Shown here in pieces: positions 28,136 to 37,071 of a DNA stretch of 64,000 nucleotides. Below the pieces are notes generated by a model that was given only the letters and a program-made list of their open reading frames with translations, had not been told where the DNA came from and searched no databases. Numbering within the stretch: the first letter of the stretch is position 1; the number at the start of each line of letters is the position of its first letter. Source of the DNA: a virus. The DNA lies in IMG/VR virus record IMGVR_UViG_3300036766_000359, positions 128,973 to 192,972 of that record. The stretch is one strand, 5' to 3'. The position numbers and the translations under genes are program-made.

Positions 28136-28306
28136 ATGAGTAAACCAGCCAAGAAACCGATGTTCAAGTGGACCGACAAAGCGAAAAAAGATGCAATTGA
28201 AAAATTCCATCGAGAAGCTGAGAGGTTACTCAGTGGCGGGGTTTCAATCGAGGACCTAAGGAGTGCATGCGACATGGCAATAGCAGCGGATGTCACCCGC
28301 TCCTAA
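28136..28306 (+). CDS. 56-aa protein with tag (AADVTRS)
   Basis: hand translation; paralog at 28858. Confidence 0.65.
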   Translation: MSKPAKKPMFKWTDKAKKDAIEKFHREAERLLSGGVSIEDLRSACDMAIAADVTRS

Positions 28307-28344
28307 AAATATACACCATATAAACGAAAATACTGTCAGACATC

Positions 28345-28542
28345 ATGACGAAGACACGTGAAAAGAAGTGGCTGATTGTTTGCGATGACAGTGGTCATCA
28401 CCGGGCGATGTCAAAGTCATGGCTTGAACTGAACGGACTCGGACTCGGCACTTTTCATGTTGTTGATGAAGCTCATCATTATCTAGGAGCATGTAGGCTG
28501 GCTGACAAGTTGAATGAAGTATCGAACGTCATGGGGTCATAG
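28345..28542 (+). CDS. W..V.D..GHH family protein with tag (VSNVMGS)
   Basis: paralog of 28543 and 29270 ORFs. Confidence 0.65.
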   Translation: MTKTREKKWLIVCDDSGHHRAMSKSWLELNGLGLGTFHVVDEAHHYLGACRLADKLNEVSNVMGS

Positions 28543-28746
28543 ATGACAAGTCGTAATGATGATTGGTTCGTAGTTGTTGATCCTGTCGGTCATCATCGCC
28601 CATGGGGTCCCCCTGAACTCCTTGAGTGGAACGGGTGCGCCAATATACCAGTCGGGTGGAGTGTGGTTGACAGGGGGGTGTCATTGAAAGAGGCACGCAA
28701 GAGGGCTGATGAACTCAATTACGTAGAAGAAATCATGAAGTCATGA
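28543..28746 (+). CDS. W..V.D..GHH family protein with tag (VEEIMKS)
   Basis: paralog. Confidence 0.65.
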   Translation: MTSRNDDWFVVVDPVGHHRPWGPPELLEWNGCANIPVGWSVVDRGVSLKEARKRADELNYVEEIMKS

Positions 28747-28857
28747 CCAGCACCAAATAAAAACGAGGCCGGTGCTGGTAAGGTATAGTCCCAGTGTACT
28801 TTGGGTAGCATGAAATTCGAGTGGTGGGTTTTAAACACGTCTAGCTAAGAGGAACCA

Positions 28858-29031
28858 ATGAGCAAGCCAGTCAAGAAGTCAACATTCAAGTGGTCGGATA
28901 AAGCCAAGCAGGACGCGCTAGGCAAGTTTGCTCGAGAAGCCGAACGGCTCCTCAACGGTGGACTCTCGCTCGATGACATGAAGAAGGCATGCGATAGTGC
29001 TGCTTCGAATTTGTCGGCACCGAAGAGTTGA
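28858..29031 (+). CDS. 57-aa protein, untagged paralog of 28136
   Basis: MSKPVKKSTFKWSDKAK..REAERLL.GG; GAGG RBS. Confidence 0.65.
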   Translation: MSKPVKKSTFKWSDKAKQDALGKFAREAERLLNGGLSLDDMKKACDSAASNLSAPKS

Positions 29032-29269
29032 TCTGTGGATGGGTACTATGCCATACATGGCTTTGGTATGGCATAGTATTTGTTCCTCATTCGTAAATCA
29101 GGAAAACTCGAACGTATTGATTCTGCAGGGAACGGTTTACAGCGAGGCAACACCTTTGAAAACCAAAAGGTTGGTGTTGACCCGGTAGGTTTACTAGGCT
29201 CGTTTGTAGTGGGTTCGATTCCTTACCCCTGTGTCAATTTAAATGAAGACTGCAGCAGGCACGGTCGAG

Positions 29270-29455
29270 ATGTACGAAGAACGCATGCCACACAACGAGT
29301 GGCGTGTAGTCAGGGACAGCCTAGGCGATCACCATGTGATGTCCCGTCCTCCTACTCCTTATGGATGGCATATACTTTTTACCAATCTTTCACACTTGAA
29401 GGCAAGCGAAGAGTGCAAAAAACTTAACCTCATCAAAGAAGTTATGGAGTCGTGA
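29270..29455 (+). CDS. W..V.D..G.HH family protein with tag (IKEVMES)
   Basis: paralog. Confidence 0.6.
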   Translation: MYEERMPHNEWRVVRDSLGDHHVMSRPPTPYGWHILFTNLSHLKASEECKKLNLIKEVMES

Positions 29456-29703
29456 ACGAGGTCAAAGTTGGGGATCGAGTAACCCGTCAAAAATTTCTCG
29501 ACGACGGCACTTGGCAATGGCGCGGTGATGACTGCCTAGACGAAAGCCCGCTTTTGCATGGCGTGGTCACTCGCGTATTCATAGAGTCAAGGACTCGATT
29601 CAATAAAAACGCTCGAAAGCTTCTCCCGATGTGCGAAGTTTCGTGGTCTGAAACAGGAGAAACTTGGGCTTATTTCTTTCACGGAGTGACACGCGACATG
29701 TAA
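29452..29703 (+). CDS. hypothetical protein
   Basis: GTGA coupling. Confidence 0.55.
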   Translation: MNEVKVGDRVTRQKFLDDGTWQWRGDDCLDESPLLHGVVTRVFIESRTRFNKNARKLLPMCEVSWSETGETWAYFFHGVTRDM

Positions 29704-29712
29704 ACTCGATCG

Positions 29713-30063
29713 ATGCGTCCGTACTGGTGGTGGAGGCAAGAATGGACACAAAGTATCAGAAAATCACGAGATTTGCCAATGACGGTTAGGTGCATCGTGG
29801 CGGTTAGATATCTCGTATGCCGACATCCGGATTTCCCAATCTTTCATGACTCCACAGGACCTCAGTTTGAGATGCGTAGTCTATACGACGATGAAGCTTA
29901 TTCGCAAGAAATCGACCAAATGGGTAAATCAGTAACCGTTTTCAAAAGAAACGGTGTCACAGTTGACACTGCTGGCGAATTTTGCGGAGAATATGCTAAC
30001 GCGAGAGAAGCGCGTGTCGTCATTGATAGACTTAATCAAGTTTCCAGGGTCATGGACTCATGA
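29713..30063 (+). CDS. hypothetical protein with tag (VSRVMDS)
   Basis: ORF track. Confidence 0.6.
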   Translation: MRPYWWWRQEWTQSIRKSRDLPMTVRCIVAVRYLVCRHPDFPIFHDSTGPQFEMRSLYDDEAYSQEIDQMGKSVTVFKRNGVTVDTAGEFCGEYANAREARVVIDRLNQVSRVMDS

Positions 30064-30296
30064 CTTATATCTTCGTACTGGTTCAACTGGTTCAACTGGC
30101 GTTGTTGGTATTAGTTTATTGGTCGTTTAAACGAAGGATTTCTAAAATCGAGATGTCGGTTGTTCGTCAGATAATGGAAGAATCTCCAGAGTTGCCAACC
30201 CGAGTTCTTGCAACTTTCGACAAACTCCGAAGTGGTCAAATCGATCCAGACAAAGCTTTGAAAGAGGCAAGGCGACTTCACGGGCTAGACCCATGA
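30060..30296 (+). CDS. small membrane-anchored protein
   Basis: N-terminal hydrophobic helix; ATGA coupling. Confidence 0.55.
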   Translation: MTYIFVLVQLVQLALLVLVYWSFKRRISKIEMSVVRQIMEESPELPTRVLATFDKLRSGQIDPDKALKEARRLHGLDP

Positions 30297-30445
30297 TGGT
30301 TGGAAGAACACTCTCGGGTGTAAATTCGGTGCGGGTCGTAAATCTAACGACCGCAGCAGTACGCGAACCGAGACCGAAACAACCGACGGACGCCTCCCGA
30401 CATGTTGTTGGGTGCCTTCCCGAGGAGCTTTCAAGAAAGAACGCA

Positions 30446-31144
30446 ATGACCCAGACTCAAACCAAACCATCCGCACTCGACGCTCTCCGTGGACTCTCGA
30501 AGAAGGCCGCTCCGCCTTCCGCAGCAATCGCCGCCCAGGTCAACGATCCGGCCATCGCCGGGGCCAAGCGCGACAAGAACACGGTCAAGCTCGGGTTCGA
30601 CCCCAACATTGCCCAGGTAGCGGAACACACCGCTCAGTTGAAGGAAGCTCTCGAACGCGCCGAGGCGGAATTCAAGGTGGATCAGGCCACGATGCGCGAC
30701 TATGGCATCGGGAAGCGTGGTCTTTACAACGACACCTTCAAGTGCGAGGTAACGACCGTCCAGGTCCCGTACACGGTCGATGTTCCTGGTGGAAACGAGA
30801 CCAGGTACGTTCAGGTGATTTGTTCCAACAAGTACTCGGTTCAGAAGGATATCGTCCTTGGAAACAAGGAACTGATCGGACCAGCCTACGAGCGAATGTT
30901 CGAGGAACAGACAACCAAGGCTCTCAAGCCGAACGCCGAGGAGCTTATCCGCAATCTCTTGACCGAGGTTGCAGGTCTCTCGGGTGACGAGCTTGAAAAC
31001 ACGATGAACGAGCTTTTCGACAGCACAACGACCGTCAAGGCAACCGACAAGTACGAATCGGAGTTCAAGAAGCTCCCCGACGACGTGAAGGTGGTGCTGG
31101 ACCAGGCCGTCACACGCGCTCAGCCCGCGCTCAAGTTCGTGTAA
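30446..31144 (+). CDS. hypothetical protein (acidic, GC3-rich codons)
   Basis: promoter motif 30338-30362; hairpin 31166-31207 downstream. Confidence 0.7.
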   Translation: MTQTQTKPSALDALRGLSKKAAPPSAAIAAQVNDPAIAGAKRDKNTVKLGFDPNIAQVAEHTAQLKEALERAEAEFKVDQATMRDYGIGKRGLYNDTFKCEVTTVQVPYTVDVPGGNETRYVQVICSNKYSVQKDIVLGNKELIGPAYERMFEEQTTKALKPNAEELIRNLLTEVAGLSGDELENTMNELFDSTTTVKATDKYESEFKKLPDDVKVVLDQAVTRAQPALKFV

Positions 31145-31215
31145 GCCCGAGTCAGGACGCTCAATGAAGTTCACCGGCAGGTCTACCTCGATTCTGCCGG
31201 TGAACTCGTATTTGG

Positions 31216-31803
31216 TTGAAAATCAATATGATTAAATTCGGAATTCACGCGGTCACGAGTATTCAAATTCTTCGAGGAATCGGAGCCGATAAAATCAGTT
31301 TCAATTGTGACGGGGCTCCAACCACATTCCCAGATCTGAAAACCGATCCATATTTCGCCATTGAAGTTAGCAAGGGTTATGCAGAAGAATGGCTTCTGCT
31401 CATGTTTGGTGTTAAAGTTCCCAGTCCACTGGTAACACTTTTAGACATGGATAGAGCGAAAAAGCCCGCATTTAGTAATAAGCACGCATTTGGAGTAGGA
31501 CAACTAGTCAGTGCGGACACACCTGGTGGTTACAATTATCCGTGGGTGTATGAAGTCGTCGGCCCAGTAAACCCAGTATCTCGTTCATCTGATACGATAA
31601 GAGTACGAAATTTCACTAATGGGTCAAACACATATCACACATATTGTTTGAAATTCTTAACTCCTATTTCAAATGAAGAGGCAATACGTCGATTGACATT
31701 CCATCGAGATAATCGTGCTATCGGCAAAAACCCCCCTGGAACACGACCAAAAAAGCCATTTAACTTTGAAGAGCGTATGCAAGAGTTGAACGAAAAACTG
31801 TAA
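31216..31803 (+). CDS. hypothetical protein
   Basis: ORF track. Confidence 0.55.
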   Translation: MKINMIKFGIHAVTSIQILRGIGADKISFNCDGAPTTFPDLKTDPYFAIEVSKGYAEEWLLLMFGVKVPSPLVTLLDMDRAKKPAFSNKHAFGVGQLVSADTPGGYNYPWVYEVVGPVNPVSRSSDTIRVRNFTNGSNTYHTYCLKFLTPISNEEAIRRLTFHRDNRAIGKNPPGTRPKKPFNFEERMQELNEKL

Positions 31804-31865
31804 ATCAAACATTGACACCGTAAATGGCCGCGTCGTGTCAGTACGCGCTGGTGGGAGGACAAATC

Positions 31866-32450
31866 GTGGACATGGGTAAAGATATCCGTCATATGCAGCA
31901 AATGTGCGATCTTCTGGAATTCCACGCACGTGCTGGGCATGTCTCCTCTCGCTATTACGAGAGACATGCCCAGCTGAGCCTGCGACCGCACTCAACGTAT
32001 GGTAGTCAAAACCGAGGTATCGCGAGAGATCCGAACACTCCTATTGACGTCTTGGTCAAGTTATCCACTGACCAGGACCCGAATGTTCGTATCGAAGTAG
32101 CAAAATTCGCGTTCTCACGTCCCTGCGGTAACGAAGCATTCAGTGAGACTCTCGTTAAAACCCTGGTCAATATGTTGTCGATCGACCGAGACCCGTCTGT
32201 TCGTTATCATGCAGCCGCAAATCCCTGCATACCTGTCGAGACCTTGACCGAGTTATCTGCTTCCAAAGATGCATACGTTCGTCAAGGCGTGGCGATAAAC
32301 CCGAGCACGCCTGTCGATATCTTGAGCACGTTGTCCAACGATAACGACGCATACGTTCGTATTCACGTGTCCGCAAACTCCAAAACTCCTTATGAAGTCT
32401 TACTTTATCTAGAGGCACTTGAAGCTATATACGACGTGACGGATAGTTGA
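31866..32450 (+). CDS. LRV/HEAT-like repeat protein with tag (IYDVTDS)
   Basis: repeats L..D....VR..VA.NP.TP; promoter motif 31820-31844; start uncertain. Confidence 0.7.
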   Translation: MDMGKDIRHMQQMCDLLEFHARAGHVSSRYYERHAQLSLRPHSTYGSQNRGIARDPNTPIDVLVKLSTDQDPNVRIEVAKFAFSRPCGNEAFSETLVKTLVNMLSIDRDPSVRYHAAANPCIPVETLTELSASKDAYVRQGVAINPSTPVDILSTLSNDNDAYVRIHVSANSKTPYEVLLYLEALEAIYDVTDS

Positions 32451-32464
32451 AATTGGAGCAAACT

Positions 32465-32788
32465 ATGAGTTTAGACATTTGGTTTGAACAGGTTCAGCCG
32501 ACTACAGTGTTCGAGTCGAACTACACGCACAACGTCAGAGCAATGGCGCGGTTGGCAGAGGTCTACACGCCACTATGGCATCCCGAAGATGCGGGGATAA
32601 GCAAGGCGTCTGATTTGATTGAACCCATTCGTAATGGACTTCAACTCATGCGGGCGGAGCCAGAACGCTTTATTGCCCTCGATCACGAGACTGGTTGGGG
32701 CACGTACGACACGTTTGTGCCGTGGCTGGAAAAAACGCTCGATGCCTGCATAAAGTTTCCTGACGCCAGCGTGCGGGTGTCCAGGTGA
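32465..32788 (+). CDS. hypothetical phage protein
   Basis: NYTHNV..M...LWHP...GWG.Y pattern; GGAG RBS. Confidence 0.65.
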   Translation: MSLDIWFEQVQPTTVFESNYTHNVRAMARLAEVYTPLWHPEDAGISKASDLIEPIRNGLQLMRAEPERFIALDHETGWGTYDTFVPWLEKTLDACIKFPDASVRVSR

Positions 32789-33180
32789 CAACGAATATGT
32801 TATCAGGCGAAGACCTGAGTGATACCATCAAGATGCTTGAAGGAATGCTTGCGGGTAAGAAAGTCAAAAAGACTAAGCGCAAAAATCCTAAGCGCAAAAA
32901 TCCTTTGATTGACGCCATCATGCTATCGATGGAAGATAACTCTTTACCTGGCTACAGTCGAGGCCAACTATTGACTGAAACGAAGCTTCGCTCACTGCCT
33001 GTCGGCACTGTTGTCTGGATTCATTATTGCAAAGATGATAATCCAGATGACGTTCGATTCAATGGGGCATATAAGATTGAATCCATTGATTCATCAGAGT
33101 TCACCACAAGTTCGGAGTCCTGGGAGTATAATGGCAATACTAGCCGTGGGCAAGCTCACTATTATAAAGCCAAGCGTTAA
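32785..33180 (+). CDS. hypothetical protein
   Basis: GTGA coupling. Confidence 0.55.
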   Translation: MTTNMLSGEDLSDTIKMLEGMLAGKKVKKTKRKNPKRKNPLIDAIMLSMEDNSLPGYSRGQLLTETKLRSLPVGTVVWIHYCKDDNPDDVRFNGAYKIESIDSSEFTTSSESWEYNGNTSRGQAHYYKAKR

Positions 33181-33185
33181 CCTTC

Positions 33186-33259
33186 GGACCCTTAGCTCAA
33201 TAGGTTAGAGTCCCCCTCTCATAAAGGGGTTGTTGCTGGTTCGAGCCCAGCAGGGTCCA
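33186..33259 (+). tRNA. tRNA with CAT anticodon, probably tRNA-Ile2 (lysidine type) rather than Met; CCA not encoded
   Basis: GGACCCT/AGGGTCC acceptor stem, GCTC/GAGT D stem, CCCCT-CTCATAA-AGGGG, GCTGG-TTCGAGC-CCAGC; C4-G69/C5-G68 as in ileX-type tRNAs. Confidence 0.9.
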
Positions 33260-33261
33260 CT

Positions 33262-33651
33262 ATGAGATATTTAAACCGAGAAAAAATGAGGTTACTTGCG
33301 ATGGCTGAACAACGCTCAGGTCAAGAAATTGATAAAGCCGTAGAAGACGCCGAACTGTATAATCGGGTAACGGAAGCGCGACTTAAAACGTTTGCTCCGG
33401 AATTTCCACTCACCCACCCAGAGGGTATTCCGAGGTATATATACGTAGCTCTTCAAGGTTATCTGGCATATAAGCGTCCAGTCGGCCACTTCTTGACCGC
33501 TGTACTTCAAAATAACCTGCATGAAGCACTGGCGAAAGCTGATGCCGATTCTCTCGAGGCGCTGCAAGTTATCTGCCAGTTCATTTACTGGAGTGTCCCC
33601 GGCCAAGCCTGGGGTTCACCTGAACGAGTGTCGAACTGGCTGAAGTCGTGA
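33262..33651 (+). CDS. hypothetical phage protein
   Basis: G.FL.AVL.NNL..A...AD pattern. Confidence 0.6.
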   Translation: MRYLNREKMRLLAMAEQRSGQEIDKAVEDAELYNRVTEARLKTFAPEFPLTHPEGIPRYIYVALQGYLAYKRPVGHFLTAVLQNNLHEALAKADADSLEALQVICQFIYWSVPGQAWGSPERVSNWLKS

Positions 33652-33669
33652 GTCAACTACCCGCTCAAC

Positions 33670-34068
33670 TTGAGCGACTGCTCGAGTTTGAGCGACAAAT
33701 CAGACGAGCAGTTGATTGTCTTAATCATGACATTCAAGAGTCAGATTATCGAGACGAAAGGGACATGGCACGCGTGCGTTTTTCAAACGCAGTTAAAAAT
33801 GCAGTCACCAAACTCCCATAAATGGACGTATTCAGTATACCGGGACGTCCTCAGCCCGAGGAACATGCATATGCGTGTTCATTGCCCCCACTGTGAGACT
33901 ACAGTACTACACGAGTATGCATACGAGTTGTTACAGACAACTCATGAAAGACACCAGGGGCGCGAAGACATCTTCGCAGAAGTATGCCGAACACTTGAAA
34001 GTAAATTTACTTCGGATTGTGAAGAAGCCCGTTTACTTAATGTGTGTGACCAGATACACAGTTCGTGA
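33670..34068 (+). CDS. tandem paralog 1, HxW..HCxxC..C with tag (CDQIHSS)
   Basis: near-identical 3' DNA in three consecutive ORFs. Confidence 0.65.
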   Translation: MSDCSSLSDKSDEQLIVLIMTFKSQIIETKGTWHACVFQTQLKMQSPNSHKWTYSVYRDVLSPRNMHMRVHCPHCETTVLHEYAYELLQTTHERHQGREDIFAEVCRTLESKFTSDCEEARLLNVCDQIHSS

Positions 34069-34328
34069 CTTCATCCACACATGAATGGGTATACTCGGTG
34101 TATCGGGACGTTCTTTCCACGGTATCCACGCACATGCGTGTTCATTGTGACAAGTGCGGGACTGTAACACTACATGATCTTGACGAGCAAGTCTATGTCC
34201 ACACGACGGATGCACACACGAAATATTTAATCTTCAAAAAAGTATGCCGAACACTTGAAAGTAAATTTACTTCGGATTGTGAAGAAGCCCGTTTACTTAA
34301 CATCTGTGACCAAATACATAGTTCATGA
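34065..34328 (+). CDS. tandem paralog 2 with tag (CDQIHSS)
   Basis: as above. Confidence 0.7.
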   Translation: MTSSTHEWVYSVYRDVLSTVSTHMRVHCDKCGTVTLHDLDEQVYVHTTDAHTKYLIFKKVCRTLESKFTSDCEEARLLNICDQIHSS

Positions 34329-34576
34329 CTTCATCCACACATGAATGGACGTATTCAACGTATCACGAGCTTTCCAAGAAGTCAGGATTTGTCGACGTCC
34401 ACTGCGCCAAGTGTGGAACCACGATGCGACACCAGTACATTGACGAAGTTTCTGAAATCAATCCTGATTATTTCAAAAACATCTTTGAAGATGTATGTCT
34501 TTATCTTGAAAATCAATTTACGGATTGTGAAGAAGCCCGTTTACTTAACATGTGTGACCAGATACACAGTTCATGA
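34325..34576 (+). CDS. tandem paralog 3 with tag (CDQIHSS)
   Basis: as above. Confidence 0.7.
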   Translation: MTSSTHEWTYSTYHELSKKSGFVDVHCAKCGTTMRHQYIDEVSEINPDYFKNIFEDVCLYLENQFTDCEEARLLNMCDQIHSS

Positions 34577-34581
34577 TTAGC

Positions 34582-35238
34582 TCACGAATCCATCACCATA
34601 TTCACTTCGAACAGGTCCCACGCTTCCTTGTAAACATCGTCGGGAATGTCGTCACGTTGCAAAATTCCTTCCAAAGCTTTCCTACCATCTCTATGGGTCC
34701 AGAAGGTGTTTTCTAGACACCACTCCGCGCAAGCTTCTTTTGAATTCAGTACATCCATAACCACCGGGGGCGCGAGATTTGGCACTGTGCCGAGCGTTTG
34801 CTTATTACGTGCCAGAGTATGGACACTGAACCAAACGGCATTCTTATAGACTTTATCAAGCCTGAGCTTAACCATCTTTACGAGAACGCTTCGAGGGGTT
34901 GGGACTCGGACGAAGTTCCTATTCTTCATGGCAATACAGGCTTTGGTGAACTCCGTCGCGTCACTCAACAAGAAATGTCTCTCGCCAACTCTTATTTGCC
35001 TTGATGCGAATCCGCTTCCGCTTCCGCTAGAAGAACTCTGGAACGAGATGATTTGATATCCATAACAGGGAAGGTTATTTTCAACAAGTGACTTTAGATA
35101 CCCTTCACAAAAAGCCTTCGCTTGGTGAGTACACACCACTCCCGGAAGACCAGCTATCTCATCAAAAAATTTATTTTTGACGGGGGCCATTTCGTACGCT
35201 TCTCCGAAGAGCTTAGAGATGGCTTCGGAATGACTCAT
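34582..35238 (-). CDS. hypothetical protein with tag (VNMVMDS), paralog of 26263
   Basis: shared motifs. Confidence 0.7.
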   Translation of the reverse strand: MSHSEAISKLFGEAYEMAPVKNKFFDEIAGLPGVVCTHQAKAFCEGYLKSLVENNLPCYGYQIISFQSSSSGSGSGFASRQIRVGERHFLLSDATEFTKACIAMKNRNFVRVPTPRSVLVKMVKLRLDKVYKNAVWFSVHTLARNKQTLGTVPNLAPPVVMDVLNSKEACAEWCLENTFWTHRDGRKALEGILQRDDIPDDVYKEAWDLFEVNMVMDS

Positions 35239-35534
35239 ACGGCAACCCTTACGGTTTCTACTGGACCCCCACACGCAGGGCAACAGTCGTAAGACCCATT
35301 ATCAGATAAATCGGCGTTCCACCCACAGCGCGTCGGTTTGACGGCCAAAATGTGTTTACACGGCTTTTTGCCGAACCTGAACGCCGAGCACGTGCACGTC
35401 CAGTCGTATTGGGTGTCGCTGGAGTGTGACCACCCGTAGGAGACCTGATAATCGCCTTTAGACCCGCGAACACTAGCTTCGAAACTCGTGTTCGTCTGGC
35501 AAACCGTTCTGTTTTCGACTGTGAGATCTGGCAT
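35235..35534 (-). CDS. SWIM zinc-finger protein
   Basis: WTCTCSAF...PCKHI plus CPACG; promoter motif 35548-35572 (-). Confidence 0.75.
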   Translation of the reverse strand: MPDLTVENRTVCQTNTSFEASVRGSKGDYQVSYGWSHSSDTQYDWTCTCSAFRFGKKPCKHILAVKPTRCGWNADLSDNGSYDCCPACGGPVETVRVAV

Positions 35535-36062
35535 TGCTGTACCGAGCGTACGACGTCAGACCTCGAGTTTACAGCGTAACAGGTATCCGAGGGTATACAT
35601 TAAACATGATACCAGTGATAACTCAGTACGGCCGGAGGCGGCCCGTGTGCAGTTGTATTTAGTTTTCAAAAGCCATCTTCTAAAGCCATCTTCAAAGAAC
35701 AGTCCTTTTAAAGCCATCTTCAAAGAACAGTCTTCGTAAATTCGGCATCGCTTTAAATATAATCATTATCCCGTCAGAAGACCTCAGGCCAAAGACACTT
35801 TTTTCAAAAAGTGGTTTCTCAAGACCTCGGTCAAAGGAAATTCTTTGAAAAGTGGTTTCTAAAGACCTCGGTCAAAGGAAATTTTTTGAAAACTCGGGCA
35901 TCTTCACTCAACTTGCCTGCCAATCCAGCCTTTGAAAGCTTAGTTTCAAAGATGTGGGCTTTGACACACGGGCTTTGACGGACATCAATATTCGTTGACG
36001 GGTCTCCCCGGAACAAGGAACTTGAAGAGGGGGTAGGGGCCACCATCGCGAAAGTCCGATCA

Positions 36063-36134
36063 AAAATGGGGTTCGTGGCCAAAATGGGGTTCGTGGCCAA
36101 AATGGGGTTCGTGGCCAAAATGGGGTTCGTGGCC
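36063..36134. repeat. 4 x 18-bp tandem repeat AAAATGGGGTTCGTGGCC
   Basis: exact copies, no spacers; inside ~1.5-kb repeat-rich divergent intergenic region. Confidence 0.9.
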
Positions 36135-37071
36135 AAAAGTTTGGCCCTACTCATGGCCCAACTTTTGGCCTCATTCGTGACCCCACTCATGGCCAAACTT
36201 CCCTAGGTTTCAAAATTCCCTAGGTTTCAAAATTTTTGGTGTGGGTTTCAAATTTCCGTGTGACCTGGTGGCCTCACGGGTCAACGTTCCAGCTTCCCAT
36301 TCAACCATTTCACCTGGATTCACTTACAACTCAAACCTCGGCGTTCCAATCACATCTCCTTTAAGTCACGGGTACACTCCGGGTTGGACTATCATGGTCC
36401 ACCTCCCCAACCTCCAATGGTAGCCCATCAGTTGCGCAGAACTTCCATTATGCAACTTTAAGTTGCATAGTTGTTTGACATGTCAGGTTCTAGTCACCCT
36501 AGGTCACCCTTGATTCATCCGTCCGTGGGGTCATCTCGGCGTCCGGACGCCCCTTGGAGGCTCTCTAGGTTCGACAACGTTCTTCCGTTCAAAGGGAAAT
36601 TTGATGTGACGGGAAAAACCGTTTGACAACCCGTCAGGTCAGAGCAAGGTTATGTCGGTATCCAGGTTATATTCAGCCAGTCATCCGTCTACCTATCCGT
36701 CCAGTGGGAATCGTTCCGTCGTCGGTTCCGTCGTCAGCCGTCCAAGTATATGCCAGATATCAGAACGAATAGTGCCAGATATTTGGTCGAATAGTGCCAG
36801 ATATATAGTTTGCGTTCAACGTATTACATTATCCTACCTGCCGGGTCACCCATCCATCCCATCCAGTCAACCCATCCAGTTTACGGTGCGCCAACCCGTA
36901 TCGTAGTTCGCGTATTGGTTAACCGTCAATCACGAACTTTGTAAAATTTTACACCGATTAATAAAATTGATCTCCCCTCCCCTTATCAAAGTTTACAAAT
37001 TTTTCGTCAAAGTGCCCGCCAATTGCCGCTATTAGGTTTCTTGTTTTGGGTTTCTTGTTTTAGGTGGTGAT

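Noticed and set aside
35831-36196. 121-aa ORF with ATNPIL repeats, or a second CRISPR array
   Set aside because: It is the 18-bp tandem repeat with no spacers; the ORF is its translation.
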